Positions 1 through 9,558 of a stretch of 64,000 bases of DNA are shown piece by piece. This DNA comes from an uncultured Planctomycetota bacterium. Its GTDB lineage: Bacteria; Planctomycetota; Planctomycetia; Isosphaerales; Isosphaeraceae. Position 1 is the stretch's first letter; every line of letters starts with the position of its first letter. A program made the position numbers and the translations under genes. The stretch lies in contig CAWJTV010000020.1 in NCBI GenBank assembly GCA_963845755.1, forward strand, positions 96,001 to 160,000, given 5' to 3'. Under the pieces are notes generated by a model that saw nothing but the letters and a program-made list of their open reading frames with translations, was not told the DNA's origin and did no database searches.

Positions 1-965
1 ATCCGCCTCGAGGGTACAATCCGCGACGAGGTCTTGCATCAGGTCCACGAGGTCGACGTCCGACAGGTTCCGGGCACCCGGGTCCCCTTCGGCCCGCGTG
101 AGCTGGAGCAGCTCGTTGACCAGGTGGTTGAGCCGGTTCGCCTCCTTGTGGATTCGTCCCAGGGCCGTCTCGTGGTCGGGGCTGGTCCTGGCCAGCTCCA
201 CGGCGAAGCCCAGCCGGGCCAGCGGCGAACGCAGCTCGTGCGAGACGTCCTGGAGCAGCCGGCGCTCCGCCGAGAGGAGCGTGGCGATCTGGTCGGCCAT
301 GCGGTTGAACGCCTGGGCCAGGTCGCCGATCTCGTCCCGGCGGGAGAGATGATACCGGACACTCAGGTCGCCGCGGCCGAATTTCTCCAGCACCCGGCGC
401 AAGCCCCTCAGCGGCGAGGCCAGGTGGACCGCCAGCATGTAGCAAAGGATCCCGATCAAGACCGGAAGCCAGACGAAATAGGCGAGCGTGTCGGAGGTGC
501 CGATTCGGGGCCGGGGCGGAAACACGGTGATCCATCGGTAGCGGCGGTCATTGGATGCCTGGACCGTCACCACCGGCACGTCCCGGGCCGGGACCGGTAA
601 ACTCAGGAACCGCCAGGTCCGCGATCGGCGCGAGCGCATCCGCGACGTCCGGCGGGCCAGCAGGCCCGACCGATCCTCACCACTGACCAGGTCGATCCCG
701 CGGCGTCGGTCAGATAGGATTCCGAGTCGGTGTACGACTTCAGGCGAGCCAGAAATGCGGCGAGCTGTGGCGGCCCTCCCTCCTCGAAGGCGCGGCGGGC
801 ATCGTCGAGGAGCAGCCCCTGCAGCCGCGGGAACACCGGATCGCGGACCAGGAGCTGCTGGGAAAGCAGGACCGAGGTGGTCACGAATCCGACCAGCGAG
901 AGGACGACCGTCACGGTGAACCAGACGACGATCTTGGTGAAGATCGACCGGACCCGGATCTTCAT
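1..965 (-). CDS. HAMP-domain sensor histidine kinase (CpxA/BaeS-like); 3' end runs off the window; frameshift near 697
   Basis: N-terminal TM (IVVWFTVTVVLSLVGF) in ORF 603..965. After a frame change the minus strand reads a second TM, HAMP (DEIGDLAQAFNRMA) and H-box LLQDVSHELRSPLARL. Start overlaps the stop of the upstream regulator (ATGA). Confidence 0.9.
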
Positions 966-1699
966 GGGAGGGTCCCTTGGGGCTCATCCAGCTCAGCGGC
1001 GAAGAGATAGCCGACGCCCCGGATCGTGCGAATCAGGCCGCCCAGGGGACCCAATTTCCTCCGCAGGTGGCTCACATGCACGTCCAGCGAGCGATCCTGG
1101 GGCGAGGCGGGCCGACGATAGATCGCCGAGGACAGCTCGTTCCGGGAGATGATCCGGCCCGCCGAGCGAACGATCATCTCCAGGATGTCGAACTCGGTCG
1201 TGGTCACCTCCAACGGGCTGCCGGCACACCAGACCTCGCGCGTGCCCGGCACCAGCTTGACGCCATTGACATCGAGGACGTCCTGGCCGCCGTGCGCGAC
1301 TCGGCCGCTCCGGCGAAGCACGGCGCGGATGCGGGCGATCAATTCCTCCGGCTCGAACGGCTTCGGCAGGTAATCGTCGGCCCCCAGATCCAGGCCGGCG
1401 ACGCGGTCGGCTCGCGCCGTGCGGGCCGTCAGCATGATGATGGGGACCACGCTCCGCCGACGGACCTGCCTCAGCAGCTCGAACCCGTCCAGGCCCGGTA
1501 GCATCACATCCAGCAGGATCAGATCGTGTGCGCCGCCCAGCGCCCGCGCCAGTCCCAGGCGGCCGTCATGGATCGCCTCGACCGCGATGCCCCGCGTGGT
1601 GAAAAACTCGCGCATCAGCTCGCACAACTCCACGTCGTCTTCGATCAACAGGACCGAGATGTCTCGCTCGGCCTGGGCTGCTTTCGCTTCGGTGTTCAT
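962..1699 (-). CDS. OmpR-family response regulator (CpxR-like)
   Basis: Receiver motifs LLIEDD, LLDVMLPGLDG and GADDYLPKPF; winged helix DRSLDVHVSHLRRKL and IRTIRGVGY. Start taken at MNTEAK (1699). Confidence 0.93.
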   Translation of the reverse strand: MNTEAKAAQAERDISVLLIEDDVELCELMREFFTTRGIAVEAIHDGRLGLARALGGAHDLILLDVMLPGLDGFELLRQVRRRSVVPIIMLTARTARADRVAGLDLGADDYLPKPFEPEELIARIRAVLRRSGRVAHGGQDVLDVNGVKLVPGTREVWCAGSPLEVTTTEFDILEMIVRSAGRIISRNELSSAIYRRPASPQDRSLDVHVSHLRRKLGPLGGLIRTIRGVGYLFAAELDEPQGTLP

Positions 1700-1927
1700 C
1701 AGGCTAACAAGCTCATACCGAGAAAGAAACTCTGTGTCGCTCCGTCTTCCCGCGTCGCCAGCGCGGCCGACCCGTGCCGGAAGTGTCGGCCGGCCGACCG
1801 GTTCGGGAGGTCCCCGGGCCAACCCCCGGCCGACCGTCGCGACGGTCGGCGAGGAGCCGGCCGAAGAGATCCACATTCCGATCCCTCGTGCCGCCTCCCC
1901 GCAGGGTTGACCGTCCCATAATACTAC

Positions 1928-3463
1928 TCAGCGCCATCCACCTCCCATCGTGCCGGCCCCACCGCCGCCCATACCGAAACCGCCGGCCACGGCGGATACG
2001 CTGACGGCCTGACCACTGCCGCTGCCCGCTCCGCTGCCGCTGCCCGCTCCGCCGCTCGTGAGCATCATCGGGCCACCGACCATGCCCGACCCACCGCCGA
2101 TGGCCGCTCCGCCGCTCGTGAACGTCATCGGGTCACCGACCGTGCCCGACCCACCGCTGCCGCCCGCTCCACTGCTCGTGAGCATCATCGGGCCACCGAC
2201 CATGCCCGACCCACCGCCGATGCCCCCGCTCGCGACCGTCATCATGCCGCCACCCATGCCAAAGCCGCCTCCGCCGCCGAAGTTCATGATCGTTGGGCCG
2301 ACTCCCGGGAGGCCCACCAGATACTGCTGGACCGACTGCATCGTCGCCTCCACGCCGGCGATGCTCGTCGGCGACGCGCTGGAACTGCTCGATGAGGACG
2401 TCGTCGTGATCGTTGGGCTGGCGTTCGACGGGATGGCGGTCTCGACCCCAGCCTGATCGGACTGGATCTGGCTGATCTGCGACGAGGTCAGGCCCATGCT
2501 CGCCCAGACGGCCGCCGTATCGGTCTGAAGGGTCGTCGTGGCCTGTGAGCCGGTCAGTGTCCCCTTGCCGATGGCATTCAGGTCATCCTCAACCTGGCCG
2601 ATCGACGCGTTGGTGGCCTGGGCTCCGCTCGGTACGTCGTTCTTGAGGTCAGTCTGAAGCGTCTGGAAGGCCGTCTGCACGGCTGACAAGGTCGGGTTGG
2701 ACGTGGCCGAGCTGGGACTGGTTGGGCTGGTGCTGGTCGAGCCCGTGCTGGTCGAGCCCGTGCTCGTCGGGCTGGTGCTGGTCGAGCCCGTGCTGGCCGA
2801 GGTGGTGGTAACCGAGCCGGTTGAGCTGGTGCTGCCCGAGTTGGTCAAGGTGGTCGAGCTGGAGGTCGAAGCCGTCTGGAGGGCCGTCTGGATCGCCTGG
2901 ACATCGGATTGGAGCTGGCTCACCTGGCTCGAAGTCAGCCCCAAGCTCGTCAGGATGGCCGCCTCGTCGTTCTGGACGGCCGTGGTGGCCGCGCTGCCGG
3001 TCAACGTGCCCTTGTGGATCGCCTGGAGGTCATCCTGGAGCTGGCCGACCGATGCATGTGTGGGCTGTGCCCCGACCGATACAACGTTGTTGTAATCGGA
3101 CTCCAGGGTCTGGAAGGCCGACTGGACAGCCGACGATGCCAAGGCACTCCGCGACGGCACGCTGGACGACCCGCTCCCCGTGTTTAACAACGACGAGGTC
3201 AGCAGAAAGATTGGGTCTCTCATCCCTCCGCGTAATCCGAAACCCCCTCCGCCGAACATCGCGCCTCGGCCGCCTCCGCCGAAAGAGCCCAGCTCGGCCA
3301 TCATCGAATGCCGCCCCATGCCACCGCCACCGAACGCATCGAGGCCCAAGCCCCGCGACAGAAGTTGCCGCGCTTCCAATGCCTCGCATCCGATCGTCGC
3401 GTTCGACGCCCGGTTATGACCATGCTGCCTTCTGGCAGGTTTTCGTGCGGAGATACCAAGCAT
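1928..3463 (-). CDS. Secreted Gly/Ser/Thr/Met-rich protein with planctomycete extracellular motif and two ~85-aa internal repeats containing LTxxQ
   Basis: RBS AAGGAGGA before ATG 3463; basic N-terminus then CEALEARQLLS; duplicated domain SAVQ(S/T)AFQTL...KGTLTGS...GLTSSQ(V/I)SQ(L/I)QSD. Confidence 0.8.
   Translation of the reverse strand: MLGISARKPARRQHGHNRASNATIGCEALEARQLLSRGLGLDAFGGGGMGRHSMMAELGSFGGGGRGAMFGGGGFGLRGGMRDPIFLLTSSLLNTGSGSSSVPSRSALASSAVQSAFQTLESDYNNVVSVGAQPTHASVGQLQDDLQAIHKGTLTGSAATTAVQNDEAAILTSLGLTSSQVSQLQSDVQAIQTALQTASTSSSTTLTNSGSTSSTGSVTTTSASTGSTSTSPTSTGSTSTGSTSTSPTSPSSATSNPTLSAVQTAFQTLQTDLKNDVPSGAQATNASIGQVEDDLNAIGKGTLTGSQATTTLQTDTAAVWASMGLTSSQISQIQSDQAGVETAIPSNASPTITTTSSSSSSSASPTSIAGVEATMQSVQQYLVGLPGVGPTIMNFGGGGGFGMGGGMMTVASGGIGGGSGMVGGPMMLTSSGAGGSGGSGTVGDPMTFTSGGAAIGGGSGMVGGPMMLTSGGAGSGSGAGSGSGQAVSVSAVAGGFGMGGGGAGTMGGGWR
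2041..2220. repeat. Three imperfect 60-bp tandem repeats coding a 20-aa Gly/Met unit (e.g. GGGSGMVGGPMMLTSGGAG)
   Basis: Sequence lines starting 2041, 2101 and 2161 align with an exact 60-bp period. Confidence 0.9.
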
Positions 3464-3660
3464 GAAATCATCCTCCTTGACGATCCTGTGATTGGCGGGA
3501 TTCGTAGCAAAATCTATCCCACCATGAAGTTCTGGCAGGAAAGCGACCGGCTGGCTCTCCGGGGAGCTCCCCGAGCCCTGGTCCGTACAGGTAAGAGAGA
3601 TCCGATCCCTACAGATGGGAATCGAAATACGCATTCCGGGTCGCCAGGGAGGAGACGGTT

Positions 3661-3676
3661 TTAACAATTCTTAACA
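3661..3676 (-). promoter_or_regulatory. Candidate OmpR-family binding site TTAACA-N4-TTAACA (TGTTAA direct repeat on minus strand)
   Basis: AT-rich perfect hexamer direct repeat with 10-bp period, ~200 bp upstream of the first gene of the two-component operon, in GC-rich DNA. Confidence 0.5.
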
Positions 3677-4015
3677 CGTGGCCTTTGGATGTGGCCTGGC
3701 CTGCCCCCCAAAACCTGGTCCAGTCTTGATGGGAATCGTACAACTGGCAGAGCGACAGGGAGCGACTCATACGAGAACGACCCCGACCGGATCAGACTGC
3801 ATCCATCCTTCGAGGCTTCCAATTCGACCTCGACTCCGGCTTGAGTCTTCACCAAGCGTGCCGAAGGCCGCCGCCCCGGGTCTGCGATCGGTTCACGGGT
3901 GAGCGGCGCAGCCGGTCACGAAGAGACGGAGCCGGAAAGGCGACCTCAGAGGGGAACCGTCGGCCAAAGGCCGGATTCTCCAAACCTCTGATTGGAAGAG
4001 CGCGTCGCTGACGGA

Positions 4016-4044
4016 CTGACCGCAGCTTTGCCGGCCGCTATAAT
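4016..4044 (+). promoter_or_regulatory. Putative sigma70 promoter CTGACC-N17-TATAAT
   Basis: Perfect -10 and 4/6 -35 with a 17-bp spacer, followed by GGAGG and ATG 4071. Confidence 0.5.
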
Positions 4045-4070
4045 CGGAGGATCCCTGGGGAGCGAAACCG

Positions 4071-5468
4071 ATGACGACCGTCCACGGAAAGTCCCTGACC
4101 CTCGGCATCCTCATCGCCCTATGCCTCGCGCCGGGGCGGTCTCACTCCCAGGACGCACCGGCATGGCGGGAGATCCGATTTCGGGAGAGCTCTCAGAACT
4201 TCCCGAACCCGGAGCGGGGCTTCTACGCGGCGCGCATGAGTCATCGCATCGGCCGGCTGGACGGGCTTCGCCAGCGCGGGATCACCCTGCTGCTGATCGA
4301 GGTCGACCTGAAGGCCTTCAAGGAACGCGATCTCACCCCGGCGAAGCTCGATGAAGTCCGGCGAGCCTTCGCGGCGGCCCGGCAGAACGGCCTGAAGACG
4401 ATCGTCCGCTTCGCGTACGGGTTCACCGGCCGAGACTACCGCTCCGATCCAAAGGACATGAACCGCATCCTCAGCCACATCCGCCAGCTCGGGAAGGTGT
4501 TCCAGGAGAATCGCGACGTCCTTTTCGCGGTGCAGGCCGGATTTCTCGGCCCGTGGGGTGAGTGGCACGGGTCGAACTGGGGCGACCCGCCCTCGCTGGA
4601 GGCACGCCGATCGGTGCTCTTCGCCCTGCTCGACGCCGTGGCGGGACCAATCACCGTGCACGTGCGACGCCCGATGTTCATCCGCGACATCTTCTCCGAC
4701 GAGCCCGGCGGCGCCGACCTCACCGAGGCGACGGCCTTCGGCGATTCGCGGTTATCGCGGGTCGGCTGGCACGACGACGCGCTGCTGAGTCTCCCGACCG
4801 ACATGGGTACTTACGCCCAACGCGGCTGGGACCGCGAGCGCGAGTTGCGGTGGTGCGCCGAGCACGGCCGCTTCACGCCCTTCGGCGGCGAGACGGTCCC
4901 CTCGTCGGCCCGCACGCCGATCACCCAGGTCGTTCGCGAGCTGGAATTGCTCCACACGACCTACCTCAACAGCAGCTACCACCGTGGCACGCTCGAGGGC
5001 TGGAAGAAGGCTGCGTATCAGGGCGCCACCGGCTTCGAGCACATCGAACGCCGGCTCGGATACCGCCTCGTGGCGGACCGCCTTCGCATCACGGAGGTGG
5101 TCAAGCCCGGCGGGACACTCCACCTCGAGCTGGACCTGCACAACGTGGGGTTCGCGTCCCCGCTCATGCCCCGCCAGGTGGCCCTGGTGCTCAGCCAGGG
5201 CGATCAGACGTTCCGCCTCGCCCTCACAGACGCCGACCCTCGCCGGTGGGCCCCGGAGGCCGGCACCGTCACGCTGAGGGGTGCCATGCCGATACCGGCC
5301 GGCGCCCCTGGTGGCCGATGGCGGCTGGCCCTGCAACTGGCAGACCCCGCGCCGAGCCTGAACCGTGATGGCCGGTACGCGATCCGCCTGGCCAATGAAG
5401 GGATCGCATTCGACGAGGCCAACGGCGGGAACGTCCTGAGCGAGGACGTGGAAATCAGGGGTCGGTGA
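4071..5468 (+). CDS. DUF4874/DUF4832 domain secreted protein (putative glycoside hydrolase-like)
   Basis: Signal peptide; NPERGFY, VRFAY, QAGFLGPWGEWH, GGET and RRLGYRL motifs typical of this family. Confidence 0.8.
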   Translation: MTTVHGKSLTLGILIALCLAPGRSHSQDAPAWREIRFRESSQNFPNPERGFYAARMSHRIGRLDGLRQRGITLLLIEVDLKAFKERDLTPAKLDEVRRAFAAARQNGLKTIVRFAYGFTGRDYRSDPKDMNRILSHIRQLGKVFQENRDVLFAVQAGFLGPWGEWHGSNWGDPPSLEARRSVLFALLDAVAGPITVHVRRPMFIRDIFSDEPGGADLTEATAFGDSRLSRVGWHDDALLSLPTDMGTYAQRGWDRERELRWCAEHGRFTPFGGETVPSSARTPITQVVRELELLHTTYLNSSYHRGTLEGWKKAAYQGATGFEHIERRLGYRLVADRLRITEVVKPGGTLHLELDLHNVGFASPLMPRQVALVLSQGDQTFRLALTDADPRRWAPEAGTVTLRGAMPIPAGAPGGRWRLALQLADPAPSLNRDGRYAIRLANEGIAFDEANGGNVLSEDVEIRGR

Positions 5469-5581
5469 CCTCGGCTCCTCTCCCGCAGGAGTGTTCCGTG
5501 AGACCGCGGGTAGGTGGAGTCCGGAAGGGAGCTCCGCCGATCCCCGGGCCGACGCGCCGAGCTCCGTTTTCCATGGAACGC

Positions 5582-6131
5582 TCAGTCGCCTCTCGAACTC
5601 CGCCCGACGGTTCGGAAGAGCGCCTCGTACCGCTCGGGCAGGCGGCCGGCATCCCATCGTCGCGCCTCGGCTTTGGCCCGGGCGCGGTGCCTGGCTTCGA
5701 TATCGGGATCGTCCCACAACCGTTCGAGCGTCGCCACCCAGGGCGCCACCTCGCGCGCGGTCGAGATCGCGAGGTCCGTCGGCGTGTATCGTTCGGGGAT
5801 CGTGAACGCGAACCCGGCCTCGCCCAGGGTCTCGGGCAGGGCGCCGCGGTCACTGGCCAGCACGGGGATGCCGTTGGCCATCGCCTCCACGGCCACCCGG
5901 CCCAGCGACTCGCGCCAGAGTGACGTCATCAGCACCACCCGGTTGAGCCTGTAGAAATCGCGCGGCTCGGGCGTTTTTGCCATCCGGTTCAGGTTGGTCA
6001 GTCCCGAGAGGTCCACCGGCAGCCGAGCCAGCGAATCCGACGTCCCCCGTCCCTCGACGACCAGCAGCGGGATATCGGGCCGCCGACGGCCCAGCTCCAT
6101 CGCGATCCGGGCGAAGACCGTCAGGCCCTTC
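5582..6131 (-). pseudogene. C-terminal half of a GT4-family glycosyltransferase
   Basis: KGLTVFARIA...SLWRESLGRVAVEAMANGIPVLASDRGALPE. The N-terminal domain is absent and the fragment abuts the truncated upstream GT2 domain. Confidence 0.75.
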
Positions 6132-8364
6132 TATCGCCTGTCGACCGCGCCAGGGGGGCGTTGCGAGCGGCGGCGAAGTCCTCGACCCAGACGAAATCGA
6201 ACACGCGGGCCCCGAACGACCGGGCGATCTCGACAGTCCGGTCCGTACTGCCGGTATCGACGACCACGATCTCGTCGAAGATCCCCCGCACCGACTCGAG
6301 GCAGTGCGGCAGGTTCTTCTCCTCGTCGCGGACGATCATCGTCAAGCTCACCCTGGCCCGCTGTCGGTGGTCCGTTGTTCGTTCCGATACCGACCGTCCA
6401 GGAAGCGGGGCGCCTGGGACCGAAGACGGAAAGTTGAGGCGAGCGGGGGGCGTCAGCCCCCTGTCCTCTCCTTTCGGAACAGACTCGCAGGTTGATCGGG
6501 AATCCGGAATCCGGAATCCGGCATCCGGAATCGGGTTGGTCCAGGCCCTCAGCGCCACCCGCCGACCCTGCGGCGTATCCAGCCCCCACTTCTCGGCGAA
6601 CCGCCGCTCATTCTCCTCCAGCAGCGCCGAGGCATTAACGCCGTTGCCGGCAAATGTCCGGCTGCCGAAATGATGGACGAACAGATCCTTCGCCACGGCC
6701 AGCTCGAACCCAGCACGACGCGCCCGCACGGCCAGGTCGTCGTCATCGAACAACCCCAACCCGAACCGCTCGTCCAGCCCGCCGACGGCGTCGTAGACCG
6801 CCCGCGTCATGAGCAGGCAGAAGCCCGACAGTTTCCCGACGGTGAACCACTGCCCGCGATGCCGATCGCGCCAGCTCCGGGCGAAGGCATGCATCGCGTC
6901 CATGTCCCGGTAGGGCACATCCTCGACCCCTTGCGGCGGCGCGGCGTAATTCGACATCGGCCCGACCAGGCCGATCACACCGCCAATCGTTCCTCTGCTT
7001 CCGTTCTTCGTTCCCTGTCCTGACTCTGTCTTCCGCCCTGCGATCTCTGCGATCTCTGCGGTGGGTCTCTTCGTCTCTGCGGTAAGATCGAGCCGTGCCG
7101 AGGTCAACGCGATGAGCTGATCGAGCCACCCATCGGTGACGACCGCGTCATTGTTGAGCAAGACGAGGTACTCACCCCGTGCGGCCTGCAAGCCCTGGTT
7201 GATGGCCCGCGGAAACCCGACGTTCTGGGCGTTCGCGATGATCGTGACCGGCACGCCCGACGCGTCCTGGACTCCGGCCAGGTACTCGCCGGTCCCGTCG
7301 GTCGAGCCGTTATCGATGACGATCAACTCCCACGGCCGTCGCGTGTGACGCAACAAACCCTGGACGCACAGCCGGGTGAACTCCCGCTGGTTCCAGCAGG
7401 GGACGATGACCGAGGCCAGGCCTGGCGCGCGTTCCTCCGGGTTGCCCACAACAGGCTCGGCCAGCGCCGAGCACCTGACCGCGTCCGCGGCCCCCCCGTG
7501 ACCAGGCGACCGCTCGCATGATCCCTCGCGGAGTGGCGGCCCCACGGGCCGCGCCAGCGATCCGCTCCCCGCCTCGGCATTCCCCAGCACGAACACCTGC
7601 CCCTCGCGGTCGAACAGCGCGCACGGGGTCGCCACCGGCAACCGACTGGCCCACTTGCGGGCGAACACCCGCGCACTGCGAACGAACGACTCGGTCAAGC
7701 CGACGTTCCGGGAGTTGTGCCGGCAAGGGGCCTCCAGCGCGACGACCGCCAATCCCCGCTCGCCGGCCTGGAGGCAGAGATCGGCCCCATAGAGATGGAA
7801 CCCCAGCTCGGTGTCGAACCGGAGCGGCGAATCCCGCCGGATGATGAGCAACAGCTCGTCCAGCGTGACGACCGGCGCGGGCAGATCCGGCCCGTGGAGC
7901 AGCACGCGATCGCGATCCACGACCCGGCCGATCCTCCGCACCGCGGGCCGACCCTGGGATGATCCGGGAGCGATCACCGGGCCGACGCCGTAGACCCCGG
8001 CCACGCCGATCGGCCCGAATCGTCGCTCGGCCCGCCGATATTGCTCGAGGATTTGCCGGTCCCAGTCCGGCGGCAGGACCACATCCTGGTGCACGCAGAC
8101 GACCCACTCGTGCTTCGCCCGCTCCCGGCCGGTGTTCAGCGCCTCCGCGGCGTTGGGCGGGTTGCGGAGGACGATGACCTGGTGCGGCGCGCCGGGTCCC
8201 AGGCACGGTGAGGCCATCAGGTTCGCCGCGAGCACGGCCTCGTCGTCGACGCAGACCACGAACGAGAGCGGGACGGCCTGATGAAGCGGCCCGGTCGAAG
8301 GACGGGGATCACCCTCCTCGGCGGCCCGAGGCGCGTCGCACGGCGTCTGGTCAGTGCCCGGCAT
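6121..8364 (-). CDS. Multi-domain GT2-family glycosyltransferase; third GT2 domain truncated
   Basis: Three GT-A modules (VCVHQDV...GFHLYGADLC; SVIVPCWNQ...IDNGSTDGT...LLNND; SLTMIVRDEEKNL...VDTGSTD). Ends abruptly after ARNAPLARSTGD, before the DxD motif. Confidence 0.8.
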   Translation of the reverse strand: MPGTDQTPCDAPRAAEEGDPRPSTGPLHQAVPLSFVVCVDDEAVLAANLMASPCLGPGAPHQVIVLRNPPNAAEALNTGRERAKHEWVVCVHQDVVLPPDWDRQILEQYRRAERRFGPIGVAGVYGVGPVIAPGSSQGRPAVRRIGRVVDRDRVLLHGPDLPAPVVTLDELLLIIRRDSPLRFDTELGFHLYGADLCLQAGERGLAVVALEAPCRHNSRNVGLTESFVRSARVFARKWASRLPVATPCALFDREGQVFVLGNAEAGSGSLARPVGPPLREGSCERSPGHGGAADAVRCSALAEPVVGNPEERAPGLASVIVPCWNQREFTRLCVQGLLRHTRRPWELIVIDNGSTDGTGEYLAGVQDASGVPVTIIANAQNVGFPRAINQGLQAARGEYLVLLNNDAVVTDGWLDQLIALTSARLDLTAETKRPTAEIAEIAGRKTESGQGTKNGSRGTIGGVIGLVGPMSNYAAPPQGVEDVPYRDMDAMHAFARSWRDRHRGQWFTVGKLSGFCLLMTRAVYDAVGGLDERFGLGLFDDDDLAVRARRAGFELAVAKDLFVHHFGSRTFAGNGVNASALLEENERRFAEKWGLDTPQGRRVALRAWTNPIPDAGFRIPDSRSTCESVPKGEDRGLTPPARLNFPSSVPGAPLPGRSVSERTTDHRQRARVSLTMIVRDEEKNLPHCLESVRGIFDEIVVVDTGSTDRTVEIARSFGARVFDFVWVEDFAAARNAPLARSTGDRRA

Positions 8365-8381
8365 CTCGCCTCCCAAGGGCT

Positions 8382-8437
8382 GTTTCAAAACGGGGACTGG
8401 CTCCGAGTCTTCGAGGTGCCTGTCCCCCTTTTGAAAC
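8382..8437. repeat. REP-like palindrome, 23-bp arms with 3 mismatches
   Basis: GTTTCAAAACGGGGACTGGCTCC ... GGTGCCTGTCCCCCTTTTGAAAC, in the gap between two genes. Confidence 0.7.
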
Positions 8438-8457
8438 CCCCCATTTGAAACACCGTT

Positions 8458-9174
8458 TCAGGAATGAATGAGGATGATCCGGCTGCCGTGCCGCGCGATG
8501 CGGAACACCAACTCGCGGGGCCGGCCCAGGGCGTCGCGGATCGCCCGATGCCACCAGGGGGTGCCACTCGAGCGCATAACGGTTGGGTTGCACACCATGA
8601 GAGGCGATGCGAGATGCCATATCGAGCCCCCGAATGGGGGCGTCAGGACGTAGCCTGGGATTGTGCGCAACTCAACCGTTACGCGCTCTGGCAGCAGGAA
8701 CCCGCGGCCCCCCGCTCCCAGCAACTCGCCGCCCGCGGTGCCGGCCCGACGCGCCGCCGCGTACCAGTGATCCACCGGCTCGTTGCTGATCCCGCAGCCC
8801 AGCGACTGCTTGATCACCCAGCCGTGATGCAGCCACTCGGCGAACCGGTCGAGGTTTCCGGCGCCGCTGCTGGACCCCATCCCGGTCCCGGCCGGCACGT
8901 CGCCAATCGCGGTGATCTCCAGCGGCACGTCCATTTCCATGATCCGCATCGCCTCGCGGACGATCTCGGGCCGGACCTCATCGAGCGCCTCGGCGACCTC
9001 GGTCCGCGAGTCGCTGACGCGGATGTTCGGCTCAAACCGGCCGTGGATCGTGACATCGATGTGCGGCTCGATCGTCGTGCTCAGCACGGCGCCGTACTCA
9101 TGCCGGCAGAAGGCCGGCAGATCGATGCCGCCCCCGGCGAAGCTAACGCGATAGGGAGCCTGGGAGATGATCAT
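8458..9174 (-). pseudogene. GHMP-family sugar kinase (HddA/heptose-7-phosphate kinase-like) with a large internal deletion and a MITE insertion
   Basis: MIISQAPYRVSFAGGG.D and DVPAGTGMGSSS jump straight to the C-terminal NLDRFAEWLHHGW..K; LLGAGGRGFLL is followed by an inverted-repeat insert. Confidence 0.8.
8570..8688. mobile_element. MITE of ~119-125 bp with 26-bp terminal inverted repeats
   Basis: GAGCGCATAACGGTTGGGTTGCACAC (8570-8595) vs GTGCGCAACTCAACCGTTACGCGCTC (8663-8688): 23/26 complementary; interrupts the kinase gene. Confidence 0.8.
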
Positions 9175-9295
9175 GGAAGCGACACCTGATACTGGATGGT
9201 CTGCCTCAGAGAATTGACAACGAGGCGGTCCACGCTTTCTGCTCGGCAAGAAATGCCATAACCGAATACGATGCGGGACGAGGAAGACGATCCTG

Positions 9296-9558
9296 ATGAC
9301 AACCATGAACATTTCCCTGCCCGAGGACATGAAGGCGTTCGTGGAGGCCCCGATGATCCAGGAGGGCTATGCCACGGCCAGCGAGCATCTGCGCGCTTGA
9401 TCCGCGAGGCCCAGAAGCGCCGGGCCAGGCGCGACCTGGAAGCGAAATTCCGTGAGGCCCTGGAGAGCGGCCCCGCCACCCCGATGACTCGTGAAGATTG
9501 GGACTCGATCGAACAAGAAGCCCTGGAACGAATGTCACCGCAACCGGTCGGCCCATGA
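9296..9558 (+). CDS. ParD-like ribbon-helix-helix antitoxin, frameshifted near 9395
   Basis: MTTMNISLPEDMKAFVE...GYATASEHLR, then in another frame LIREAQKRR...EALESGPATPMTREDW. Confidence 0.85.

Noticed and set aside
2041..2220. CRISPR-like array
   Set aside because: Contiguous in-frame coding repeats with no unique spacers and no cas genes.
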